Of a stretch of 64,000 nucleotides of DNA, positions 1-11,100 are shown one piece after another (positions within the stretch are counted from its first letter, which is position 1; the number at the start of each line of letters is the position of its first letter). Origin of the DNA: Histomonas meleagridis 2922-C6/04-290x (lineage: Eukaryota; Protista; Parabasalia); contig JAANOX010000218.1 in assembly GCA_020184695.1 (NCBI GenBank), forward strand, positions 124,001 through 188,000, read 5' to 3'. A program made the translations under genes and the position numbers. The notes under the pieces are model-generated. The model did no database searches, was not told the DNA's origin, and saw nothing but the letters and a program-made list of their open reading frames with translations.

Positions 1-968
1 ATGTCCAATTACCTGCAGGGGTCAATATTATGGTAAATCCTTATATATACCGAAGCCAAAATTTTCACTTGAAAATTGATAATGGTGTAACACAACTTGC
101 TCCACTTTCAATATATTTTGATGATACTTACTATACGTTACAAAATTGTAAATTTGCAGATTATTTCAATACTTTATTTTATGCTAGAAATCACGTAAAC
201 AGAGATGCAAAACTTACTATTTTACCAGAAGGTGATTGGACATCAGTATTAAGTGGCAGCGTTCAAATTGATTTGAAATTATATGCTACACCAGAAAATC
301 AACAATTCATTGATTTACATAATATACATGGATTGAGACCTTCAATCCAGACAAGTCCTTTATTTAATATTACTACCCAAAATATTTTAGTAACTCCAAC
401 AACTCCTATTACCCATGCAACATCTTCAACATCTACAACATCTAATTTACCTACAACATCTTCAGCATCTAATTTACCTACAACATCTACAACATCTAAT
501 TTATCTACGACATCTTCAGCATCTACAACTCCTGCAACATCTAATTTATCTACGACATCTTCAACATCTACAACATCTTCAACATTTACAACATCTTCAA
601 CATTTACAGCATCTTCAATATCTACTTCACCTGCAACATCTTCAACATTTACAACATCTTCAACATCTAATTTACCTACAACACCTACAACATCTTCAAC
701 ATTTACAACATCTTCAACATTTACATCATCTTCAACATTTACAGCATCTTCAACATCTACTTCACCTGCAACATCTTCAACATTTACAACATCTTCAACA
801 TCTAATTTACCTACAACACCTACAACATCTTCAACATTTACAACATCTTCAACATTTACATCATCTTCAACATTTACAGCATCTTCAACATCTACTTCAC
901 CTGCAACATCTTCAACATTTACAGCATCTTCAACATCTAATTTACCTACAACACCTCAAATGGATTAA
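1..968 (+). CDS. Ser/Thr-rich mucin-like surface protein, 5' truncated by the window edge; possible hydrophobic tail in the +1 frame to 1014
   Basis: Frame is open from the window start through ORF 30..968. Long TSST/TTSS stalk. The adjacent frame ends WIKNKIVIPFLISFLIF*. Confidence 0.6.
   Translation, partial: VQLPAGVNIMVNPYIYRSQNFHLKIDNGVTQLAPLSIYFDDTYYTLQNCKFADYFNTLFYARNHVNRDAKLTILPEGDWTSVLSGSVQIDLKLYATPENQQFIDLHNIHGLRPSIQTSPLFNITTQNILVTPTTPITHATSSTSTTSNLPTTSSASNLPTTSTTSNLSTTSSASTTPATSNLSTTSSTSTTSSTFTTSSTFTASSISTSPATSSTFTTSSTSNLPTTPTTSSTFTTSSTFTSSSTFTASSTSTSPATSSTFTTSSTSNLPTTPTTSSTFTTSSTFTSSSTFTASSTSTSPATSSTFTASSTSNLPTTPQMD
415..955 (+). repeat. Coding tandem repeat: short acatcttca-type units nested in a 135-bp (45 aa) higher-order unit
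   Basis: tctacttcacctgcaacatc recurs at 621, 756 and 891 (period 135). Confidence 0.85.
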
Positions 969-1553
969 AAATAAAATCGTTATTCCTTTTTTGATTTCTT
1001 TTTTGATTTTCTAAATTAAGTTAATTTTCATAACATAATAAAAAAAATCTTAAATTTGATATTTTTGCTATTTCATTTTCTTTGTTATTACAAAAAAAGT
1101 CAATCACATAAAATAACAAATATGGTACTTCCCAAATATAAATTGTTTCTTAATGTTAATTCTAATTTTTGATTATATTTTTTATTGTCAAAAATGTCAT
1201 TTATTTATAAAAATGTATACTAATCTATATTACTTTAGTGAATTATTGTTATGGTAAAAGAAGAGGAAACTTTCATTTGTAATATATAATTCTAATAAAA
1301 TTACAACTACTAAACAATCAATATTAAATAATATCATCAAAAAATATAATCATTGTCAACAATTAATTGTTTAATTAAATTTATTGTTAATGAATAATTT
1401 TCTGATATATTTTAACAGCATATATCAAAATATCCCTTTAACATATATATATAACAATCTATAATGCATTATTTTTTGTGATATAATTGTTAAATTATTT
1501 CGGCAACTTGATTCTATCTATTATATTTTTAAAAAGTTAATGATTAGAAACTA

Positions 1554-2123
1554 TTGCCTCGAAATTATATTTTTTACAATTGTAATGTCAAGGAATACTT
1601 CTATGTTAATGATCTTGGAGGTCAAATCGGTGTTACTGCATTAGGTTATGTCAGAATGAAGCATTTCCCAGAAGGCATGAAGATTGATCAATTAATCGGA
1701 TCTGTTTATGCCGTTATGAACACCTTTAATGAAGCACAAAAGAATGGCTTCAAGCTTTCAGAATTCAACAAGATTGTTTTCAACACCAAGCCAAAGGAAG
1801 AAGATGAAAAACAAGAAGAAAGCAAAGAAGCACCGAAAGAAAAGAAAGGTCCAAAGACAGAAGCTAAGACACTTACAGCTGAAGAGCAAGAAGCCCAACT
1901 TCAAGCCAAACGTGAAGATCTCATCCAAACAGGTGCATCCTTATATACAAGGTACCCAGAAATCTACACCGAACTTGCCAATGCATTCCGTGATGATGAA
2001 AGCGTACAAATCCTTGGTGCGGCCCTCAACAAGGCATATGAAAACCGTGACACATTAATATTCAAAGGAAAGATAGAGAAGAAAAAGTACAAATATTGCG
2101 GAATGGAAAAACTTTTAATCTAA
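1554..2123 (+). CDS. Hypothetical protein with a charged (Lys/Glu) linker; start uncertain
   Basis: ORF with codon usage typical of expressed genes (GTC, AAG, TAC, TTC) from about 1584. The nearest ATG (1585) is one base out of frame. Confidence 0.55.
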   Translation: MPRNYIFYNCNVKEYFYVNDLGGQIGVTALGYVRMKHFPEGMKIDQLIGSVYAVMNTFNEAQKNGFKLSEFNKIVFNTKPKEEDEKQEESKEAPKEKKGPKTEAKTLTAEEQEAQLQAKREDLIQTGASLYTRYPEIYTELANAFRDDESVQILGAALNKAYENRDTLIFKGKIEKKKYKYCGMEKLLI

Positions 2124-2335
2124 AGAAAATATCGATATAATCGATATAATTATTCATTAATTAAAAAACGAGTCATTAAAGTAAACTTTATTTTATTGTT
2201 GGTAATATTAAGATTCCTTTTTAGGGTGGGCTAAAATGTCCGTTTATCTTAGCATTGTGTGCAAACGTTCTACAAATAAACATTACATTTTGGAGGTTTC
2301 AGAACAACGATAAATATTTTGAAAACCATGAAACA

Positions 2336-3316
2336 ATGAAGAACCCCAATGAAGTTATAATTTTTATTATACTATTAGTATTGGTTTATATTAATTTTAG
2401 CTATGGTGTTACTTTTAGGAATAAGCTGTTAATGGATTTAATAGAAACAAAAATAAATAGTAATTACTTTTATAAGTATTGTCCTTTTTGTAATATTACT
2501 GCAACAGTTACGCCAACATCAACACATGAAGAAGACGTTATAATGACAGTAGTTACTCGTTATAAACCCAGTGTTGGATATTTAATTCGTTCCATTCGTT
2601 CAGTCGGTTGTAAAGCCACAATTGTTCTTTTTGTTTCTGACACTGTTGAGATTCCTTCTGAAATTCTTAAATGCGGTGTCGAACTTATTCGTATTCCATT
2701 AACAAATCGTGTGTCCACAAGCATTGCCAAATTACGATGGGAATTATATTACAATTATCTTCTCAACGATGGCAAGAAGTTCAAGCGTGTTATGCATACG
2801 GATGGTTTTGATGCTTTTTATTTTGGTGATCCATTTTCCGTTGCGTCTGATGAAAACACGTTATACTTTCAAAACGAAGAACGTATCATCGAAACATGTA
2901 CCTGGAACAATTGGTGGCTTCAAGAATGTCATTTTAACGTCAGTAAAGAAATATTAAATAGTCCAATTATTTGTAGTGGTTCATTAATCGGAGGTCGGAT
3001 TCCATTTCTAAAGATGATAGAACTAATGATAACACATGAAGAATGGACGCAATGTTGGGAACATGGGTTTGACCAAGGAGATTTTAATTATATAATCTAT
3101 ACGCGGCTAAATCAAAGTTATATTAAACACGAATTCATCGGATGTAATGGAAAATTCATATCTATGCATAACTGTTGGCCAAAAGGTAAACATTTGGGGC
3201 CTTCAGGTTATTTCCAGACAGTTGATGATAAGGATACATTAGTATACTTACATCAATATAATAGACATAAAAATATTGTTGATTATATTAAGGAAAAATG
3301 TAGTCCTTCTATATAG
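2336..3316 (+). CDS. Type II membrane glycosyltransferase-like protein (GT-A fold)
   Basis: N-terminal TM (VIIFIILLVLVYINF), RWELYYNYL...RVMHTDGFDAFYFGDPF with a DxD-like motif, C-terminal HQYNR. Confidence 0.6.
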   Translation: MKNPNEVIIFIILLVLVYINFSYGVTFRNKLLMDLIETKINSNYFYKYCPFCNITATVTPTSTHEEDVIMTVVTRYKPSVGYLIRSIRSVGCKATIVLFVSDTVEIPSEILKCGVELIRIPLTNRVSTSIAKLRWELYYNYLLNDGKKFKRVMHTDGFDAFYFGDPFSVASDENTLYFQNEERIIETCTWNNWWLQECHFNVSKEILNSPIICSGSLIGGRIPFLKMIELMITHEEWTQCWEHGFDQGDFNYIIYTRLNQSYIKHEFIGCNGKFISMHNCWPKGKHLGPSGYFQTVDDKDTLVYLHQYNRHKNIVDYIKEKCSPSI

Positions 3317-3460
3317 TAATTTAATAAATGTTTTGATTTGCTCGAAAAATGTAATTTTAACTATATTTTATTGATTTGTTTTATGATCAATAAGAATTTA
3401 ATAATAAACATTCAAGAGTTTTGGAAACTTTCATGTGTTGATCTAATTTTTTGATTGTAT

Positions 3461-5292
3461 TTAATGTTCACGAAGTATTTCAGCTATTTCATCGTGATGC
3501 GTTTCACATGCCAAAGTAAGTGCTGTTTTAAATAATTTGAAAAATTTTCGTATATTATTTTGAAATTTCAAATTCAGAATAAAAACATAAAATAAAACGA
3601 ATAAATATCCTGAGCATGAATATCAATTCCTTCTTGTTCAAGAAGTATTTTAACAATTTCTGTGTAACCTTCATAAGATGCATGCATAAGTGCTGTCCAC
3701 TATCATTTAAATAATTTCCAAATATTATTTTGTTATCCAAAATTATCAAAATAAATTTTAAATAAAACAAATATATATCTTTAGCATTAATATCAATTCC
3801 TTCTTGTTCAAGAAGTAATTTAACTATTTCTATATAACCTTCATAAGATGCCAACATAAGTGCTGTATCAAATAATTCGAAGAATTTCCAAATATTATTT
3901 TGAAATATCAAATTATTAAAATAAATTTCAAATAAAACAAATAAATATCTTTTGCATTAATATCAATTCCTTCTTGTTCAAGAAGTAATTGAACTAATTC
4001 AGTATGACCATATCTAGATGCAAACATAAGTGCTGTTCTATATATTTTAAATAATTTTCATATATTATTTTGAAATAAAAAATTATTAAATTAAATTCTA
4101 AATAAAACAAACAAATACCTTTAGCATTAACATCAATTCCATATTTTTCAAAAATATATTTTACTAATTCGATATTTCCTGATTGCGAAGAAAATGGTAA
4201 AATATTTTTTGGGATTTGATTAGAATCAAGGAAATATTTTGTAAGATATATATTTCCAATTTCTGCAGTTTTATTAATAATATCATCATCAATTTTCATT
4301 TCTCCTTTGAGTAATATTGCAAGAATTTCATAATTATGGTATTCAATACATTTTTTCACTAACTCTTCTAAATCATTGTTTTCTTTAAATATATTTTCGT
4401 AAATATATTTAAAAATTTCATTTTGATGAAATTCAATTGATGCCTCATTTGAAGATATTTGAATTTCTGCTTCACATAAATGAATGATTTCAATATTTCC
4501 ACCTGCAACTGCATATTTACCTGCATTACTTATATTAGAACCGTTCATAAGTAAATATTTAAAACATTTAACTGATCCAAAAAATGCTGCATAATCAATT
4601 AATTTAACATCACCTTCATTAATGAATGAACATCTTTCATAAAGTGATGCCTCAATTTCTTGGTCAAAATCAAAATTTGTTTGTGATGATATTTCTTGAA
4701 GTTTTCCGACATCATCATCATGAATTATTTTTGTTATTTCACTTGGGTTAATTCCTTCTTCAATTAATCTCTTATGAAGTTCCCAATCATTCTTTGAAAG
4801 TTCTTCATAATTCACTTCGATTTGATGAAATAAATCGTGATATTCTAAATTTTTTATTTCCTTCTCTGACATGTAATGAACAAAAAATGGATCATGAGGA
4901 GGTTTAATAATATTTGGATCAATGATTTTATACTTATACAAATAATAAAGAAGACACTTTGATTCTTGCGTGTTTTTGGATAAAAGAAATCGGGTTAATA
5001 CATCATATATTTTGTATTTACTTTTGTTGTTATCTTCAAATGTTTTAATTTCGTTCAAAAAGCTCAAATAAGTATCTATTGCAATTTTTCTCTGAATAAA
5101 CATTATAAATGTCATTTGGCTAACAAGTAAATTAAAAGAATATGAAAGATCTTTGTCGAATTCATCACATAATAAATTTACTGTTTTCGATACATTTTCT
5201 TCAGTCAAACCAAAAACTATCTGTTTAATAGATATAAGTGTTTCCCATTGCTGTGATTTTTGATTTATTTTTTCCCCTCCATTCAAGAACAT
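3461..5292 (-). CDS. DUF3447-type ankyrin-repeat protein; repeats interrupted by four 68-nt inserts (4113-4046, 3943-3876, 3773-3706, 3603-3536)
   Basis: LIDYAAFFGSVKCFKYLLMNG / AVAGGNIEIIHLCE motifs, then TAL..A...G..EIVKLLLEQEGIDINAKDI units with an exact 170-nt period (ACA at 4036, 3866, 3696, 3526). Last unit ends TAA at 3463-3461. Confidence 0.75.
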
Positions 5293-5756
5293 GTTGGTTA
5301 GCTAAGAAATGATCAAAAAATAGGCCGGTATAACGGTTTGACGTTAACAACATATAAAAAAACGATCGATAAACCAATAAAAAATTCAATAATTCGTTTA
5401 GGGTACCCTTCATTTCACTTTTTAACAAGTTTATACACTTTTTCATAGTTGTTTGATCGGGTGCTTTTTCAAAGTTTACTCCATTTTAGGAACAACTTAA
5501 GGATAATAAATATAATCAAATATTTTAATTTTAATAAAAATAAAGAACTTTATGCATACCTGATATTATAATGAATCATGTTTTGACCTAAATTAGCTGA
5601 GGTCTTGTTAATTCAATTAAAATTAGTTTTTAAATGTGAATTTTTTTTTGTAGTCAGAAATAAAATCAAAGAATATACACTTCGATTTAAGCATTATTTG
5701 GGAAAAAAAATTTCAAGCAGATAAATTTTTCTTTTTTTTGTGAACTGTAAAAACGA

Positions 5757-7853
5757 ATGCCAAAATTTCTGCAGGAAATAATTTATAAAAAAACTGGAAA
5801 CCCCATTCAAAATTTGGGTGATATTAATATTCAAATTCGACGGTTATTTTCAAATACAATGATCCGTTTGGGAGCAGCAAATTCTCTTTTATTTAATTCC
5901 CTTATTGCAATTGAAAAAGAAGGAAACAAAACTCATCAGACAGTCATATTTCCAGAATCTCCAACGCAAGATATTCCATCATTAGCAAAATTATGTTTTC
6001 CGGTTAAACACTATAGCAAATATAAACATTCCTCAAATGGCTTTACCATATATGTTACAGATTCTAACAAAGAATCCACTTATGGCTATGTAATAATTCA
6101 ACCAAAAATTCGTTCCAAGAAAATCGCGTATTGTATTCTGTCCTCTTTCTATGACCCGCAAAAGCTTTTCAATGTCCTTGAGTTTTTTTTACAATGTAAA
6201 GACATTCGTGATGGAATAGATCTTCTGAAACGATTTCAACGTCCTCAGTTTTCTCAACGTAACATTGCTGTATTAGAGCATAGTGTTATTTTGTCACTTC
6301 TTTCAGACACTTTTTCAACTTTTGATCCCGTCACAATATTTAAAATCATCTTTTCGTTAGTTCTCGACAAACACATCATCATTACATCTACTGATGTATC
6401 ACGGATCACCCAATATGCCTTTGCGTTTCTCGCATTAATTCATCCAATTCAATGGCCCGGTGTATTTATTCCAATTTTATCCAAATCGTTTGAGGACACA
6501 CTTTACGCTCCATTTCCATTTATAGTTGGCGCACACTCCTCCACACTTAAGAACATCTATTTACAGGGGATGGACGATCATATTATCATTAATCTGGACA
6601 AGCCGAACATTGTTGAAAATCCACCGCTAACATTTCCTGACAATCTCTTAACGTTACTGCTAGCATTTGCCGATAATACTAAGTGGGATGAGAACCAATT
6701 AGCGAGTATATGTCGAAAACTTGTCATTGATATTGTTGCATTAGGCTTAGGCATATCGTCCGATGATTCGCCTAAAGCATTCCTCAGCACGTGGGATAAG
6801 CTAAGAGTCAATGCAAAAGGCACCGATTTAATTGACATGATTTGTCAGTCACAAGTCGTAATGAGTCTAATGCGAAGTATTGAAGAAGCGGACGGCGCTG
6901 TTTACAATTCATATTGGAAAGAGAGAACGAAGAAAGAAGAAATAAGTAGTAACACTTCAAACGTCGCAACGCAAACAAAGAATTTAACGAGCGAAACAAC
7001 AAGTGTCGGCGTGCAGGCGAAAATCAAAAGCAAAAAATGTAATCGAAATAGTGGTTCGCATGACAAAAACTCAATCAAAAAGAAAGAAAGTCAAACGCAT
7101 AACGAAACTAAAACTTCAAATGCAGATAACAATAAGGCACAAATCGAAAGCAAAACATTGGACATAGATAACAATAAGACACAAATCGAAAGCAAAACAT
7201 TGAATACAGATAACAATAAGACACAAATCGAAAGCAAAACATTGAACACAGATAACAATAAGGCACAAATCGAAAGCAAAAACACTGAAACTAAACAACT
7301 GAACGCAATTAATAATAAGCCGCAAACTGAAACCAAACCTTTGAACACATTTAATAAGTTACAAACTGAAACCAAAACATTAAACACAGATAATAATAAT
7401 AATAAGTCACAAATTGATAATAATAAAAACATAAAACCTGAAATCAGAAGTAACGTGAATCAAACGAAAGTTCCAAACATCGGAACTCGAACGTCAAACA
7501 TTGGAAACAAAATCGCAATCTTCGAAAAGGGCGAATCCAATGCGCCGAACAATATGACCAAATCCACAAACGCAAATGCAAATGTAACTAACAATAACAC
7601 AAAAGTCGTAAACATTAACAATAACGCAACAAATGATAACAATGCAAATGCAAACGCATTGCGCCCTGTACAAGTAGTACGTAAGGAAACTGAGGTGTCG
7701 CAAATATGTAAGAGGACTGCGCCGCACCGAAAGACAAGCGACGTAACGCTGCGGCAGTACGAGCCGCCGGCACGAATTAAGAACCCGGAAAAGTTGTCCT
7801 TCGTGGACAAGATATCAATTTATGGAACGCCGTTAAGAAGCTTAAGAAGATAA
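5757..7853 (+). CDS. DENN domain protein (putative Rab GEF) with a low-complexity C-terminus
   Basis: LVLDKHIIITS...FLALIHPIQWPGVFIPIL....LYAPFPFIVG is the cDENN signature; uDENN-like N-terminus. Confidence 0.8.
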   Translation: MPKFLQEIIYKKTGNPIQNLGDINIQIRRLFSNTMIRLGAANSLLFNSLIAIEKEGNKTHQTVIFPESPTQDIPSLAKLCFPVKHYSKYKHSSNGFTIYVTDSNKESTYGYVIIQPKIRSKKIAYCILSSFYDPQKLFNVLEFFLQCKDIRDGIDLLKRFQRPQFSQRNIAVLEHSVILSLLSDTFSTFDPVTIFKIIFSLVLDKHIIITSTDVSRITQYAFAFLALIHPIQWPGVFIPILSKSFEDTLYAPFPFIVGAHSSTLKNIYLQGMDDHIIINLDKPNIVENPPLTFPDNLLTLLLAFADNTKWDENQLASICRKLVIDIVALGLGISSDDSPKAFLSTWDKLRVNAKGTDLIDMICQSQVVMSLMRSIEEADGAVYNSYWKERTKKEEISSNTSNVATQTKNLTSETTSVGVQAKIKSKKCNRNSGSHDKNSIKKKESQTHNETKTSNADNNKAQIESKTLDIDNNKTQIESKTLNTDNNKTQIESKTLNTDNNKAQIESKNTETKQLNAINNKPQTETKPLNTFNKLQTETKTLNTDNNNNKSQIDNNKNIKPEIRSNVNQTKVPNIGTRTSNIGNKIAIFEKGESNAPNNMTKSTNANANVTNNNTKVVNINNNATNDNNANANALRPVQVVRKETEVSQICKRTAPHRKTSDVTLRQYEPPARIKNPEKLSFVDKISIYGTPLRSLRR
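7125..7282 (+). repeat. 42-bp (14 aa, DNNKxQIESKTLNT) coding tandem repeat, about 4 copies
   Basis: gataacaataag recurs at 7125, 7167, 7209 and 7251. Confidence 0.85.
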
Positions 7854-8189
7854 CAAGTTAAGAAATATGTTCTTATGTTTATATGAAATGAACATTAATA
7901 AATATATTCTCGAATCGCTTATGTTAAAAATCTGTTTTATATAATAATTTATTACATGTGAAAGTAAATAATGAACACGTAACAATTGATGAACAGCAAT
8001 AAAATGAATAACTTTTAATTGGGATTAAAATATTTAATCTATGATGCACAATAATAAAAAGAAGAGTTTTCAATTAATTGATATTAGAACAAACCTATGG
8101 ATAAAGAAGATGAAAATCATTTAATGATTTTTTAAGTCTTTTTTTTTAAAAATAGATATTACAAAAAAAAATATGTTTATTACACATTT

Positions 8190-11100
8190 CTATCCAATCA
8201 ACTTTTGCCATTGTTGTATATTTATCCTTAATTGTTCTGATATTGATTGTAATTCTGGTACAATTTTAACCAAATTGGTAAACAATGGCATGCAATACTT
8301 TTCTATATATTCGACTTGTCTTTTCGCTATTTCGTTTTCAGATATCATTGCTTCATTTGGACCATTTGATACAGCATCTTCACATAAATATTGTGCCCAA
8401 GGATTACCTACTGTGAATGGTCTAAACAAATTTGAATTTACAGAACTATTTAATAATAATTTCATTAATATAATTCTATTTGTTTGAATTTCTAAATCAA
8501 ACTTATCATCTGATTCAATTTTAGTTTGAATTTCATCAATCATTTTATTATATTGTGATTTATCTAATGACAATATACAATCTATAAGCATTGTCCAAAA
8601 TTCATGTAAATCTTCTTCATTAAGTGCCGCCAAAATATTACAATTCGGATGTGCTAATATATCTATAATCGAAGTACAATGAATTGTTTCTAAAATAGGT
8701 TGATCTTTATATAATATATTTAATGGTACTTGAGTTTTTTCTTTTGATAAATGAGTATTACCAGAATGTCCCACATTATGACAAATACCTACAACTAATA
8801 AAACCAAAAGTTCAAGTTTTGTAAATTTCTGATTTAAGTCACTAGTTATTAATTCAAGGAAAATGAATTGTGTTGAATCTAAATCATTCCACCAATTATG
8901 AAAAGGAATATATTTAATTTCATTAAAAACAGCATCGATAAACCGTAAAAGTGACCCTATTGAAATATTGAATGTTGACATCAGTTCAAGACGATCAAAA
9001 AAGTGAATGAGAACTTTATACCCATCGTTCCTCTGAAAATCGAGCACATCAAATTTGATGGAGGAAATTAATTCTGAGTTTGGGCCGAAGATTTTAAGTC
9101 TTTCAGGGACTTCTATAGAAGTTAATTCGGAAGGAGACAAAGATTCGACTAATCCAACGTCAGAAGTATCGAATCCTCTGGTCCTATTTGAGATCCATTG
9201 TTCTAAAGCTAAACCAGCAAATGAAGCAAATGATCGAATTAAAGATTGATCTTCTTCTGTAAATCCATCCATAGTTTTCTTATTAACACCTTCTACTACA
9301 CCAACAATTTGACCACTTACATCAATAACTGGTACAACTAAAAGTGATTTAATTTCTACTTTCATCGAATCCATGAAGAATTCTTTAATTCTTTTGTTTT
9401 CTTTAGGATTCCTAATGTTTAATTCTTTACCAGTAATTGTTACATAACCTATAGCATAATTCTTAGAAGTAAATTCACTTGAAGATTCATCAATAGCTTT
9501 ACAAGTTTGATGAATTTTATCATGGACAAAGAACCAACAATAATCAGCTTCAATTAATTCACGAGCTCTTTGGATAATATTTGTAACAAAAGCTTCAAAT
9601 GAAGGAGAAGTAGATAAAGAAAGTGCAATATCGAGCATTGCGGTCATTTTCTTTTTACCTTGTGTAGCAGCCTCAAATAATTGAGCATTAGATAAAGCAA
9701 TTCCACAAAATACATTAAATGCAGTCATTAATTCCACATCAGTTGAAGAAAATTGTGATGCTCCAAGTTTGTTAATCATCTGAGTACAACCGATGATATT
9801 ACCATCGCCACTTCGTATAGGTACACATAAAATAGAATGAGTTCTATAACCTGTAGCATTATCTACTGCAGAATTAAATCTTGGATCATTATAAGCATCA
9901 GTAATATTTAAAGTTTCACCAGTAGATGCAACATGACCAGCAATACCTTCACCAAGTGGTACATGAATTCGATCATTAGCACCATGCGCAACCATTGACC
10001 AAAGTCCTCCATGAACTTTATCGACTAAAAATAATGAGCAACGATCAGCGCCAATGAAACTTTGAGCTTTGGTCATAATTTTACGGACTAATGTATCCGT
10101 ATCTAAAACAGCAGAAAGTTCTTGAGCTACTGCAAGTAATGCTGTATAATATTTATGATTATTTAGTGCCTTTTGAATTTCGGCTACATTTCTTTCATGT
10201 GCTTGAGCATTATTTAATGCGCCTTGTGAAACTCTAGATAATGCTTCAAGTATAATTTCATCTGATTCAGTGAACATTGAACCATTTTGTTTCCGTCGAG
10301 CGACAGCTACTAAAGAAATTGTACCTTTTGAAGATAATAATGGTACAGCAATTAATGGACCATTTTTAAATTCGCCGCCATCAATGTTTTCTTTATAAGA
10401 TGGATGTTCTTTAGCTACAGGTACATTAATAACTTTTTTAGAAGTATAAGCTACGCCTGCTATACCTGAATCTTCTATTGAAAATTCTTCTCTTATAACT
10501 CTACTTAAGTTCATTTCCGAATTTATATCATTACCTTTATTATGTAAGTCTTCTTTTATATGAAATAACTTTTGATTATTTTGATCGGCGAAAAATATTT
10601 GTATTGAATCACAATCAACAATTCTTGTAATAGTTAATTGTACTGTTTCTAATAATGGCATAATTTGTCTTTCAGTTAGTAATGATCTTGTAGACTCAGT
10701 CATAATTCTTTTTATCATTTCATCAATTCGAGATTCTTCTTGACTAAGCTTTAATAAAGATAAAGATAAAAAGTCTAATAATAAGAAATCATCACCAGTC
10801 GGAGTTACAACAGAACCTTTTGTATTAAGTCGATCAATAATTTGTATGATCCATAAAATCTCTTTCTTACTATTAACAACTGGTTGATATAATGTTACAC
10901 GTGCATTAGATAACAAAGGTCCATCATAATCCATAGAATATGAAGGGTCTCTTGAAGGATCAGTGATTACAATTCTTTGTCCTTCATTCATTACTTTCCC
11001 TAATAATCCTTCGCCTTCTGGTATAAGCATTGATGCAGTTCTTGATACTATTACATGTGCTGATGCTACTGGACTCCATAAAAGTATTCTCCGGCAATCA

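Noticed and set aside
415-1014. 199-aa QHLQHL ORF
   Set aside because: It is the shifted-frame reading of the Ser/Thr repeat; only its last 19 codons may be meaningful.
7091-7810. Hydrophobic antisense ORFs over the DENN gene C-terminus
   Set aside because: They are antisense readings of the Asn/Lys/Thr repeats, with no independent evidence.
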